The notes: generated by a model not told the origin, from the letters alone. 51,728 nt of DNA from Pseudomonadota bacterium (GCA_043734785.1 JAYTEX010000089.1:1-51728); one strand, 5' to 3'; shown: positions 1-9,079, counted from the first letter of the stretch. Numbers and translations: made by a program.

Positions 1-92
1 GCGTTCACCGCAAGGCCTGCAGTGCAGTAGGAAGGGCGCTCAGTTGGCCGGGGTCAGCGGGGTCTGGGCAAGCCCGATTGAGACGCCTGGGT

Positions 93-1175
93 TCAGATCG
101 AACGGGGCGGCAGGTGGGCCGGGTCGCCGAATGTCGCGCTGTTCGGCAGCGCAGCCAGTTGCTCGAGAACGAGGGTCACGCGCTGCTTCAGCTGCTCATC
201 GGGATGCTCGAATTGCACGCCGATGCGGTACATCGCGAAGTCCGCGTTGCCGATCATCGTCTGGTGCATGACTCTTGCGCGTAGGGAAAGGCTGAATGGC
301 GTATCGGCACTGCTCAGGGTGATCAGCAAGGATTGGTTGATCTCGAGCGGATCCGGCACGGTGAGCATCAAGCCGCTCGCGGAGATATCCTCCAGCGTCG
401 CGTAGAACTCGCCAGCATCGCCATATTCAATCTCCAAGCGTTGCACGAGGCGCGCTTCGGCGCGTCGTTCTCCGGGTTGTGGGGAAGACATCAGAATCTT
501 CAGGACCTGCTGCAGGCGCTCTTCATCTGCTGGCGCGAGGCTGTCGAAACGCAAGCCATAGACCGGATCGCCGTGCACGTCTTCAATGCGCAGGATGGTC
601 GCGAGGATGACGATTTTCTGATCGCGTCCTGCCGGCAAATGCAAACACACGCGTTGATCCATTTCGCCTAGCAATCCCTTGCAGCGGACCGCAGCGCCAC
701 CCCACGAAATATTCTGGATCGTGGCGGCCAACAGCCAGCGACTGTCAGGATCCGAGAGCTGAACCGGCGCGGTGACACTGATGCGCAGCTGCCGACGCTT
801 GTCGATCGCGGTGTTGGCAGTATCGTCTGCTGCGTGCGAGGCCTGGGCGATCACAGGTGCGGAACGGGTCTGAACCAGGTTCAGTGCTTCGTTGAACGCC
901 GTCGCGGCCGCCTCCGGCAAAGTCAGTGAGTTTGGATGCTGGACCAGCTTTTCAATTTGCTCGGCATGGTTCGAAAGCGGGATGACGCCGAATTTAGCTC
1001 GATGCTCGGCGACACTGAGTGCGAGCAGTTTGGCGCACGCCAACAGCGCTGCATGGCTGCCCGACCCATCCCGCGGCTGGTTTGTTTTGATGGCTTCGGC
1101 GTAACTTGCGGTTTTCATAACTTGAAACAGCGGTTGAATACGGTCAGCCCAACGGATTGCTAGCGTTGATGGCAA
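93..1175 (-). CDS. Tandem PilZ-domain protein (putative c-di-GMP receptor) with N-terminal extension; start uncertain (TTG 1175 or ATG 1118)
   Basis: Two RxxxR...[D/N]xSxxG motif pairs: RRQLR...NISWGG and RAEAR...DISASG, each followed by a G(L/V)xF strand. Confidence 0.85.
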   Translation of the reverse strand: MPSTLAIRWADRIQPLFQVMKTASYAEAIKTNQPRDGSGSHAALLACAKLLALSVAEHRAKFGVIPLSNHAEQIEKLVQHPNSLTLPEAAATAFNEALNLVQTRSAPVIAQASHAADDTANTAIDKRRQLRISVTAPVQLSDPDSRWLLAATIQNISWGGAAVRCKGLLGEMDQRVCLHLPAGRDQKIVILATILRIEDVHGDPVYGLRFDSLAPADEERLQQVLKILMSSPQPGERRAEARLVQRLEIEYGDAGEFYATLEDISASGLMLTVPDPLEINQSLLITLSSADTPFSLSLRARVMHQTMIGNADFAMYRIGVQFEHPDEQLKQRVTLVLEQLAALPNSATFGDPAHLPPRSI

Positions 1176-1205
1176 TGTCGGCCGCAGGGGATGTCGGCCG
1201 CAGGG
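1175..1205. repeat. 16-bp tandem duplication ATGTCGGCCGCAGGG(G) x2
   Basis: Read directly at 1175-1190 and 1191-1205. Confidence 0.9.
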
Positions 1206-1304
1206 ATAGATGCTTTAGTCCGGTTCCCGCCAATGGGCCGATGACGGCCCTCACGGCGGGCGGTTTCTTTATAATCCAGTTATTAGACCTTGCAGGCCTG
1301 TCAT

Positions 1305-2714
1305 ATGACCATCGTCACCCGTTTTCCGCCCAGCCCCACTGGATACCTCCATATTGGCGGCGCGCGTACCGCGCTTTTCAATTGGCTCTATGCCCGGCGT
1401 TACGGTGGCCGCTTTGTACTGCGCATCGAAGATACGGATCGCGCGCGCTCGACCCAGGAAGCGGTCGACGCCATTTTCGAAGGCATGGCGTGGCTGGGTC
1501 TCGATTATGACGACGGTCCTTATTTTCAGACTAAGCGCTTTGACCGCTATAACGTCGCGATCGAAAAGCTGCTCGCGAACGACAAGGCCTACCGCTGCTA
1601 CTGCAGTCGGGAGCGCCTGGAGGAACTCCGGACCGGGCAAATGACGCGCAAGGAAAAGCCGCGCTATGACGGGCATTGCCGTGACCGCAGTGCCCGGCCG
1701 CCAATCGGGGTAGACCCCGTGGTGCGTTTCCGCACGCCGCAGAGTGGCGATCTGGTCGTCGCGGATCGTGTGCACGGCCAGGTGGTATTTCTGAATGACG
1801 AGCTGGACGATCTCATCATCGCACGCTCGGATGGCACGCCGACCTATCACCTGACCGTGGTAGTCGACGATATCGACATGGGCATAACGCACGTGATTCG
1901 TGGCGATGATCACCTGAACAATACGCCGCGCCAGATCCATATTTTGGAAGGACTGGGCGCGACGCGACCAGTCTACGCGCATGTGCCGATGATCAACGGA
2001 TCGGACGGCAAGAAGCTTTCTAAACGCCATGGGGCGGTCAGCGTCACGCAGTATCGTGACGACGGTTTTTTACCGGAAGCGCTGCTGAACTATCTCGCGC
2101 GCCTCGGCTGGTCGCATGGCGATAATGAAATTTTCTCGCGCGAAGAGCTAATCCAGAATTTCGATATCGATCACCTCAATAAGTCAGCCGCGAGTTTTGA
2201 TCTCGACAAGTTGCTGTGGGTGAACCAGCAGTATCTTCAGCACACCACCACCGCACGCCTGATTGAGGCGAGTGCGCCATTCTTCGCCGACGCAGGGCTC
2301 GACCCGATGGTTGGGCCGCCGATGCCCGCCTTGCTGGACGCGCAACGCACCCGCGCGCGCACCCTGCTCGAGCTGGTAGACAAAAGTCGCATGTTCTTCG
2401 GCGAGGTCGCAGAACTCGATCCGAGCGCAGTCAATAAGCACCTAACACCCGAGGTCGCGCCGACCCTGCGTGCGCTGCGCGATCACCTCGCAGCCGTCGA
2501 TGCGTGGCATAGGGAAAATTTGCATGCCGCAGTGGAATTCGTCGCGCAGGCCCAGGGACTTAAACTCGGGCAAGTGGCGCAACCTTTGCGCGTGGCGGTG
2601 ACCGGTTCGACTGCCTCACCGGCCATTGATGTGACGCTCGAATTGCTCGGCAAAACGCGCTGTTTGAAGCGTCTCGATGGGGCGCTTTCGATCTTGCTCG
2701 GGGCTTCAGAATAG
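1305..2714 (+). CDS. gltX: Glutamate--tRNA ligase
   Basis: TRFPPSPTGYLHIGGAR (HIGH-type), LRIEDTD, HVIRGDDH and KKLSKRH (KMSKS-type) motifs; followed by tRNA-Ala and tRNA-Glu. Confidence 0.97.
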   Translation: MTIVTRFPPSPTGYLHIGGARTALFNWLYARRYGGRFVLRIEDTDRARSTQEAVDAIFEGMAWLGLDYDDGPYFQTKRFDRYNVAIEKLLANDKAYRCYCSRERLEELRTGQMTRKEKPRYDGHCRDRSARPPIGVDPVVRFRTPQSGDLVVADRVHGQVVFLNDELDDLIIARSDGTPTYHLTVVVDDIDMGITHVIRGDDHLNNTPRQIHILEGLGATRPVYAHVPMINGSDGKKLSKRHGAVSVTQYRDDGFLPEALLNYLARLGWSHGDNEIFSREELIQNFDIDHLNKSAASFDLDKLLWVNQQYLQHTTTARLIEASAPFFADAGLDPMVGPPMPALLDAQRTRARTLLELVDKSRMFFGEVAELDPSAVNKHLTPEVAPTLRALRDHLAAVDAWHRENLHAAVEFVAQAQGLKLGQVAQPLRVAVTGSTASPAIDVTLELLGKTRCLKRLDGALSILLGASE

Positions 2715-2761
2715 AGACACGAATCAAACGGATATCTCGTCTTTGGAACGCTCCGGTCGGC

Positions 2762-2790
2762 TTGACACTCGCGGATGCGTCGCGTACCTT
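2762..2790 (+). promoter_or_regulatory. Sigma70 promoter for the tRNA pair
   Basis: TTGACA (2762-2767), 17-nt spacer, TACCTT (2785-2790), then GC-rich discriminator CGCGCC typical of stable-RNA promoters. Confidence 0.8.
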
Positions 2791-2829
2791 CGCGCCTCTC
2801 TTTGCGGACTACTTGCCGCAGCTGAAACT

Positions 2830-2905
<76 letters not shown>

Positions 2906-2956
2906 GTTTTCATGCAAGTCGAATGATCGGCTTGGCAAGTGGTGCCACTGTCGTCT

Positions 2957-3032
2957 GTCCCCATCGTCTAGAGGCCTAGGACATCGCCCTTTCACGGCGG
3001 TAACGGGGGTTCGAATCCCCCTGGGGACGCCA
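2957..3032 (+). tRNA. tRNA-Glu (TTC)
   Basis: 76 nt; GTCCCCA...TGGGGAC-G-CCA; anticodon loop CTTTCAC; GGTTCGAATCC T-loop. Confidence 0.98.
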
Positions 3033-3036
3033 ATTA

Positions 3037-3098
3037 AATCAAGAAGTTAAGTGATTAACGCCGCCCATCGATTTTACCCACGTCTAGCATGTGTCTAG
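3037..3098. mobile_element. Relic integrase attachment-site signature (IHF site plus arm-like direct repeats); no integrase in window
   Basis: AATCAA-GAAG-TTA (3037-3049) matches IHF consensus WATCAANNNNTTR 4 nt after the tRNA CCA; GTCTAG repeated at 3082 and 3093 (11-bp period). Confidence 0.55.
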
Positions 3099-3140
3099 AA
3101 AGCGTTGCGGGAATCCAAAGCACAGAAGAGGTGGTTACCT

Positions 3141-3269
3141 ATGAAATCACCCAAGAAACCGGCACCAGGTGGGGTTCATGCGAATGAACACGCGCGCATG
3201 GGTATTTATCCTGACGCACGCACTGAGTCTCTGCGCTCAGGCAGCTTGAGTGGAGTTCGTCGGGACTAA
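3141..3269 (+). CDS. Possible 42-aa small protein (MKSPKKPAPGGVHANEHARMGIYPDARTESLRSGSLSGVRRD)
   Basis: ATG preceded by SD-like GAGGTGG; no recognisable homology. Confidence 0.25.
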   Translation: MKSPKKPAPGGVHANEHARMGIYPDARTESLRSGSLSGVRRD

Positions 3270-3309
3270 AGGAACGGACGTTGCTCGCGGCTTTTTGGAG
3301 TGATCGCCC

Positions 3310-3390
3310 TTAAGCCCGATATTCTTTGCCATCACCGATGGAGCGGGGAGCGGCAAGACGCTCTGGCAGAAAGCCGGCGGCCCGCGCTGA
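3310..3390 (+). pseudogene. Fragment resembling the N-terminus of a P-loop ATPase
   Basis: Reads PIFFAITDGAGSGKTL (hydrophobic strand plus Walker-A-like GxGKT), bounded by stops, no start codon; GGAG upstream. Confidence 0.35.
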
Positions 3391-3676
3391 ACGATCCGAC
3401 TAGCCAACCGATGCAGCGGATTCGGGAGCTGCTTTGGGGCTAAGCCTAGTCTCTTCGTTGGCCGTTTACTGCGCATACGCTCGAGCCCTGTCCTCAGCGC
3501 TTTCGGTCATTAAGTTTGCGCCGCTAACAATGCGGCAAATTCACACATTTGACGGCGGCGCAGCAGGAGGCCATCGCGGCTTTCACCGCACGCCATGGCG
3601 CCCAGAGCAAAGACAAGAGGGGCGGATAAGCGGCTCGACGGCGCGCGGGTCCTGCCCATGCCGCCGATCCTAAAGG

Positions 3677-3698
3677 AAGGGGCCCAAGCGGGCCCCTT
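3677..3698 (-). terminator. Likely intrinsic terminator of the amidohydrolase gene
   Basis: AAGGGGCCC-AAGC-GGGCCCCTT perfect 9-bp stem 30 nt past the stop; CCTTT follows on the minus strand. Confidence 0.6.
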
Positions 3699-3728
3699 GC
3701 CACTGCGCGATCGGATGTCGCGAGTGCC

Positions 3729-5513
3729 TTAGCCGGCAGACGCCTGGGCCATTTCGCTTTCCTGGTTCAATTGGTTCAAACGCAGTAGTTTTCCCGGTGT
3801 CGCACCGGTGCACACGCCGTCTCTGAACGTCACCTTGCCGTTGACCATGATCCAGCGATAACCCTCCGCACGCTGCACACGCCGCCATTCGTTGGCGGGA
3901 AAATCGTGGGCGATTTCGTAATCCATCTCCGGCACGCGCTTCAAGTTAGCGAAGTCATAGACCAGGATGTCCGCCGGTGCACCTTCTCGCAGAAAGCCGC
4001 GGTCGGTGAAGCCCGCTGCTTGGGCCGGCAGATAGCTCAGGCGAAAGTGCGCCTGCTCCAAGGTTAACTCCCCGGTTTCGCGCACCAGCCAGGTCAGGAT
4101 CTCGGTGGTGAACGAACCGCCAGTGAAGAAACGGGTATGGGCACCGCCGTCGGAAAGTCCTGGGATGACATGCTGGTTGCGCACCAGCTCGCCGACCTTC
4201 TTCGCATCGGTGCTGCCGATGTCGGCGGTCTTGTAGAGCACTTTCAAGCCCCCTGCGACACCGATGTCGAGCATCGCATCGATGTGATGCTTGCCTTCGG
4301 ACTTGGCAATCTCGCCCAGCGTGCGGCCATGGTATTTCGCGAGTTCCGGATGTCCCGGGGTCGCTTCGATCACGATACCGTCGATCGGACCGCCGACACC
4401 CGTGGTCGCCAGCGTCGCTTCTTCGGCAATCATGGCCTTGCGGATCTTGGGATCTGACAGCTTGACGGTGCGCTCTTCAAGCGTGCCGACCGTGGCCGTC
4501 GCCCAGGCCGGACTAGAGTCGTACAGATTCCAGTCTTCGAGCGAGAAGATAAAGGGTGCCCGTACGGTCACGGCCTGACCGTAAATACGCAGCCCACGCT
4601 CGAAGCAGCTGTCTATCCAGGCCATGGTTTCGGTATGCACGTTCTCGTGACCGGGTTCGTCGGACGCAATCAAGGCATTGAACAACACCGGGCGACCGGT
4701 GCGCCGCGCGATCTCTTCAACGAACTCACGATCGGTATTGCTGGTGTTGTTGACAACATCGCCGCCCTTGGCGTTGACCAGTTGGATGAATCCGTCGCCG
4801 CGCTGGCCGAGCAGATCGCTGAACGCCAGCAGCGTTTCGTCGGGGACCAGATCGGTCGGCATCGGCGTACCGTCGAAATCGGACTGCACCGAATTCTTGC
4901 CAAAACGCTGGAAGCTGAAGCCCATCATGCCGGCGTCCATCGCTTCACTGATCAAACGATTCATTTCGGTCTGTTCGTCTGGCGTGGCGGCACGTCCAGA
5001 TTTCGCACCCTCCAAGCCGAGCACATAAACCAGCAGTGGATTGAGCGGCACATAACTCAACAGGTTGACGCCTTTCGGCAGGCGATCAAGATGATCCATC
5101 CATTCCGGCAAAGACTCCCAATCCCAATCCAGTCCGAGACCTTCGACCATGGTTTCATAAGGGATCTGTTCAGTGCGCGTCATCATCTGTAACAAGCGTT
5201 CGCGGCTTTCCTTGCGCGCGGGCGCGAAACCGAATCCACAGTTGCCGATAGCGACTGAGGTGACTCCGTGCCAGCCGGAAATGGTGCAGTAGGGATCCCA
5301 GTGGATCTGAGCATCGTAATGGGTGTGCAAATCGACGAAGCCGGGCGCGACGATCAGCCCATCAGCATCGATCACTTCGGTGGCATCAGCCGCATTTACG
5401 CGACCGATCTTTGCGATCTTGCCACCACGAATGGCAATGTCACCCTTGAAGCGCGGCAAGCCCGTACCATCGATGATGGTGCCGTTCTTGATTACCGTAT
5501 CAAACTTGGCCAT
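3729..5513 (-). CDS. N-acyl-D-amino-acid deacylase family amidohydrolase
   Basis: GTIIDGTG, VAPGFVDLHTHYDAQ, GNCGFGFAP, SDGGAH, ADILVYD, VNGKVT...TGATPG motifs. Confidence 0.9.
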   Translation of the reverse strand: MAKFDTVIKNGTIIDGTGLPRFKGDIAIRGGKIAKIGRVNAADATEVIDADGLIVAPGFVDLHTHYDAQIHWDPYCTISGWHGVTSVAIGNCGFGFAPARKESRERLLQMMTRTEQIPYETMVEGLGLDWDWESLPEWMDHLDRLPKGVNLLSYVPLNPLLVYVLGLEGAKSGRAATPDEQTEMNRLISEAMDAGMMGFSFQRFGKNSVQSDFDGTPMPTDLVPDETLLAFSDLLGQRGDGFIQLVNAKGGDVVNNTSNTDREFVEEIARRTGRPVLFNALIASDEPGHENVHTETMAWIDSCFERGLRIYGQAVTVRAPFIFSLEDWNLYDSSPAWATATVGTLEERTVKLSDPKIRKAMIAEEATLATTGVGGPIDGIVIEATPGHPELAKYHGRTLGEIAKSEGKHHIDAMLDIGVAGGLKVLYKTADIGSTDAKKVGELVRNQHVIPGLSDGGAHTRFFTGGSFTTEILTWLVRETGELTLEQAHFRLSYLPAQAAGFTDRGFLREGAPADILVYDFANLKRVPEMDYEIAHDFPANEWRRVQRAEGYRWIMVNGKVTFRDGVCTGATPGKLLRLNQLNQESEMAQASAG

Positions 5514-5670
5514 ATGAGATTTCCCCTTGAACGCGAACGCATGCCGGGGACGGTGTGGGTCCGTCTGGTGATGACATTCACGATGTGTTGTAACTCAGGT
5601 TCATCATTGACTATAGTTCAGCACGACCGTTAAATCATCCTGTATCGCAAGTGTGTCGCGCGCTGCTGCG

Positions 5671-5841
5671 CAACAACCTCGGCAGGCCATGAAAGGTGTA
5701 GTGGGGCAGCGCTGGGAAGGTATACACGCGATCGCCACGCGGCATCACTATGGCTGACAACTCGACGCCGCTGCGCGCAAAGGCCGGGTCGTACTGAAAG
5801 GCAGCCACCCTGTCGCTGGCCTCCATCGTCACCGCGCCAAC
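5671..5841 (-). pseudogene. hipA: HipA toxin N-terminal domain fragment
   Basis: VGAVTME...AAFQYDPAFARSGVELSAIVMP...YTFPALP..TFHGLP resembles the HipA N-terminal subdomain; stops before the SLPD motif; no kinase domain or hipB. Confidence 0.75.
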
Positions 5842-5933
5842 AAATTCGTGGATATCCCGAAATGCATCCCCGCGATGAAGGGATCGAGCGGCTGTGTGCG
5901 CAGGCGATGAATATTGGCGGAACGCTTCGGCGC

Positions 5934-7178
5934 TCAGGAGTTCCCTGCCGCGGACCTGTTGGCCGCTTCCTTGGCGGCCATGCGCGCTTTGAGCTGCGCC
6001 GGGCTCTCGCGCACGATGTCTTCGTTTTGATGACTGTAGAGATCGTAGGGCGTGGTATCGAGTTCCGCGAGCACGATGTCGCGCGTCAAAACCGCCTGCT
6101 TCCAGACTGCATGGGCGGCTTCGTCAGCGTGAAATTCCGGCATCACCTGCTCGGCGAACAAACGCAGGCTGTCGCAGATGTCAGCATGGCTGGTCTTACC
6201 GGCCTGGTTCAGCAGGATGACCTGGTCGACGTGAGCCGCCTGGAACTGGCGCAGGCGCTTGCGGATGGTTTCGGGTGAGCCGATCAAACCGTTGCTGAGC
6301 GCGGCCTTGGCTTTGTCGGTCTGGCGCCAGATCTGAAATTCCTCCCACAAGTTGCCGGTGCCCGGCGCGGCGATACCATTGCGACCATAGTGGGAGAGGG
6401 CAAAGATGAAGAAGGTCCAGCCCGAGGCGCGCTCCAAGGCCTCCTCGTCGGTCGGCGCGCACATGAAACCGTTCACGATCGCGACGTTTGGATTGACGGG
6501 ATAATCGGCCAAGCGATTGGGGCGGTCGAGCAGCATGTTGTAGTAGCGATGCACCCAGGCGGTCGCCGCGTCTGGCGAGAGGAAGGAAAAACCCAGCGCT
6601 CCCATGCCCCAGGCGCCGGCCTCGGCGATGGTCTGGATGTTGGAGCACGCCACCCATAAAGGCGGATGGGGCTTCTGCAGCGGTTTGGGGATGACATTGC
6701 GGGCAGGGAAGTCGTAGTACTGGCCGTGGAATTCCCAGTCAGTGCGCGTGAACATTGGAATGATGGCGCGCACTGCCTCTTCCCAGCGTTCGCGTTTGTC
6801 GCGCACGCGCACGTTGAAGGGATGCAGTTCGGCCGGCCCGGCGCCTTCGCCCATGCCGAATTCGACCCGCCCGCCCGAGATAAGATCGAGCGTCGCGACC
6901 CGTTCGGCGACGCGCTGTGGATGATTGGTGGTGAGCTGGATAATGCCGTGACCGAGACGGATGTTGCGCGTGCGCTGGCTCGCGGCGGCGAGGAACACTT
7001 CTGGTGCCGAGGCGTGGGAATATTCCTCCAGGAAGTGGTGTTCGGTCTGCCAAGCGTAATCGTAGCCGAGTTGATCGGCGAGTTCGATCTGAGCCAGCGC
7101 GTTCTGCATGAGCTCGTATTCGGAGTGCTCGAGCCAGGGCCGCGGCAACTGGAGTTCGTAGAATACGCCGAATTTCAT
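5934..7178 (-). CDS. Luciferase-like (LLM class) flavin-dependent oxidoreductase
   Basis: MKFGVFYELQ, TEHHFLEEYSH, RVAERVATLDLISGGRVEFG, PKPLQKPHPPLW, LIGSPETI. Confidence 0.92.
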   Translation of the reverse strand: MKFGVFYELQLPRPWLEHSEYELMQNALAQIELADQLGYDYAWQTEHHFLEEYSHASAPEVFLAAASQRTRNIRLGHGIIQLTTNHPQRVAERVATLDLISGGRVEFGMGEGAGPAELHPFNVRVRDKRERWEEAVRAIIPMFTRTDWEFHGQYYDFPARNVIPKPLQKPHPPLWVACSNIQTIAEAGAWGMGALGFSFLSPDAATAWVHRYYNMLLDRPNRLADYPVNPNVAIVNGFMCAPTDEEALERASGWTFFIFALSHYGRNGIAAPGTGNLWEEFQIWRQTDKAKAALSNGLIGSPETIRKRLRQFQAAHVDQVILLNQAGKTSHADICDSLRLFAEQVMPEFHADEAAHAVWKQAVLTRDIVLAELDTTPYDLYSHQNEDIVRESPAQLKARMAAKEAANRSAAGNS

Positions 7179-7357
7179 CACGTCTTTCCTGTGGACCTGT
7201 TCGAGCGATTATCACAACACGGACGCGGGTCCTGGAGCAAACAAAATAACGCGGCGGTGTCGCCGACGTTCTTGAACGAAGCTGCGCCGCATTGCGATAC
7301 ATGCACGCCACTTCGAGACGGTTTCCAAGCGGTTCGCAGGGAAACGTGCGATCAGCC

Positions 7358-7386
7358 AAAAAAAAGCCCTCCGGCTGGAGGGCTTT
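7358..7386 (-). terminator. Intrinsic terminator of the OmpA-family gene
   Basis: GCCCTCC-GGCT-GGAGGGC stem with A8 on plus (U8 on minus), 52 nt past the stop. Confidence 0.9.
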
Positions 7387-7438
7387 CATACTTCTACTTC
7401 AACAGCGGCCAGATTTTCCGCTTGCGCCGCGCTGGGTA

Positions 7439-8095
7439 TTACTCAGCGACAATAAGATCCACGCGGCGGTTCTGCGCGCGACCCTCAGCGGTGTCGTTGG
7501 TGGCGGCCGGGCGGCCCTCACCATAGCCCACAGGATTCAAGCGCGAAGCATCGATCCCTTTACCGACCAAGTAGTCGACAACGGAGTGTACGCGCCGCTC
7601 GGACAATTTCTGGTTGTAGGCATCAGAACCCACGCTGTCCGTGTGGCCTTCAATATTGACACGGATGCCGGCATGTTCGGTCATTATCGCCGTTGCGTGA
7701 TCGAGTTTCTCACTCGCCTCAGGACGGAGCGTGGCTTTGTCGAAATCGAAGTTCGTGCCCGCGAGACTCGCGATCTGGGAACCCGCCTCAGGTGCAACCG
7801 GCGGTGGTGGTTCAACCGGCTTCGGAGCGGGTGCTCGCGGCGGCGGTGGCGCAGGTTCGACGGCAACTTGTATTGGCGCCTTGGGTTCCCTGCACAAGAT
7901 TGCGCCCAGCAAGGCTCCGCCCGCTGCGGACGCCGCGGTGGCACCCCGGTCATGGTCACTTCCCACATAAGCCGCACCGCCCCCGGCCAATGCGCCGGCA
8001 GCAATACACACGATCGGATGAACCTTGATCGTTGAGCAGGCCGAGAGGCCCAGCGCAAGGCCGAGCAGCACGGTGGTCTTGGTTACGTTCTTCAT
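7439..8095 (-). CDS. OmpA-family outer-membrane lipoprotein (lipobox, glycine zipper, Pro-rich linker, OmpA_C)
   Basis: LGLSAC lipobox; NFDFDKATL, IEGHTDSVG, NQKLSERR, GYGE.RP, NRRV motifs. Confidence 0.93.
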   Translation of the reverse strand: MKNVTKTTVLLGLALGLSACSTIKVHPIVCIAAGALAGGGAAYVGSDHDRGATAASAAGGALLGAILCREPKAPIQVAVEPAPPPPRAPAPKPVEPPPPVAPEAGSQIASLAGTNFDFDKATLRPEASEKLDHATAIMTEHAGIRVNIEGHTDSVGSDAYNQKLSERRVHSVVDYLVGKGIDASRLNPVGYGEGRPAATNDTAEGRAQNRRVDLIVAE

Positions 8096-8511
8096 TGGTG
8101 CATATGTCCCATAATTGATCTAAATGTTGAGATAAATAATTGTGTCGAGTGGTACTAAACGGAAACCGTTACCGCCTTTGCGAGTCCATCACAACACCCA
8201 CTGTTTACCGTAATCGCCTCGAAGCTGCCTACCATGGTGGCCCACGAAGTCACTTATTTCAAGTATTTGGCACTCGAATTTGCCGCAACATCTACAGCCC
8301 TCAGCGGTTTAGATGTTATGCGATGCCAATCGGTCATGTCACCGTAATAGTGGCGCATAAGCAACAAAATCGTCTTCTCCCTGGATTTGGCCGAAGGTTT
8401 CCCGCCTGCGGCGAAGTGACGCAGGTCATTGGTCAGGCTCCTGCCTGAACTTAGTTGACCGAGGGGACTTAGTTGCCTAGTCTTCGCCTACACTCGCAGA
8501 CGAGATCCGCC

Positions 8512-9012
8512 ATGCCAGCCCTGCTGAACCGATATCTAGTGACGATTGCTCTGGTGTTCGCGGCCGTCGCGCCAAGTGCTTATGCCGAAGAGCGTTCCGC
8601 GGCCAATGTCGTGCAGGAATTCTTGGCGTCCTGGCACTCGCACGATATGGACAAAATCATGTCCTTCGTCAGCGAGGATTGTCATTACGAGAATGTCCCC
8701 TCTTTGAGTGGGGCAAACCCGGTCATCATGGGGCGCCAAAAGATTCACGAGTTCCTAGCCCCATTCTTTCTAAAAGATCCTCTGATCGTCCCGTTCAAGG
8801 TGCACACGGAGATCAAGGACACCATTGCTGGTGGCGATGGTGTCGCGATTCAGCGCGTCGACCATTTCGAAATTGGCAATTCAAAATTCGCACTGCAGGT
8901 CGCCGGGCTGTTCAAGGTCAAGGATGGGAAGATTGTTTACTGGATTGATTATTTTGACGGCGCCGCGATTGCGCCGGTGACCACCCTCATGACGACCTTG
9001 GCTAAACACTAG
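8512..9012 (+). CDS. Limonene-1,2-epoxide hydrolase-like NTF2/SnoaL-fold protein with signal peptide
   Basis: YENVP, QRVD and WIDYFD match the LEH Tyr/Asn and Arg-x-Asp...Asp catalytic pattern; hydrophobic leader ending AYA. Confidence 0.78.
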   Translation: MPALLNRYLVTIALVFAAVAPSAYAEERSAANVVQEFLASWHSHDMDKIMSFVSEDCHYENVPSLSGANPVIMGRQKIHEFLAPFFLKDPLIVPFKVHTEIKDTIAGGDGVAIQRVDHFEIGNSKFALQVAGLFKVKDGKIVYWIDYFDGAAIAPVTTLMTTLAKH

Positions 9013-9079
9013 ACCTCGGTCGCCTCGCTGCCCTAGATCAACTCAACGGGTCGCCCACAGGGAATATGAGCGTCGTGAA

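Noticed and set aside
7292-7314. Short matches to other intergenic regions (TTGCGATACA inverted at 5641; GCACGCCACTTC at 15234)
   Set aside because: 10-12 bp matches are expected by chance in 52 kb of GC-rich DNA; no transposase or target duplication
8268-8283. TGGCAC...TTGC sigma54-like promoter (similar at 15232-15249)
   Set aside because: GG-to-GC spacing is 11 and 13 nt rather than the strict 10
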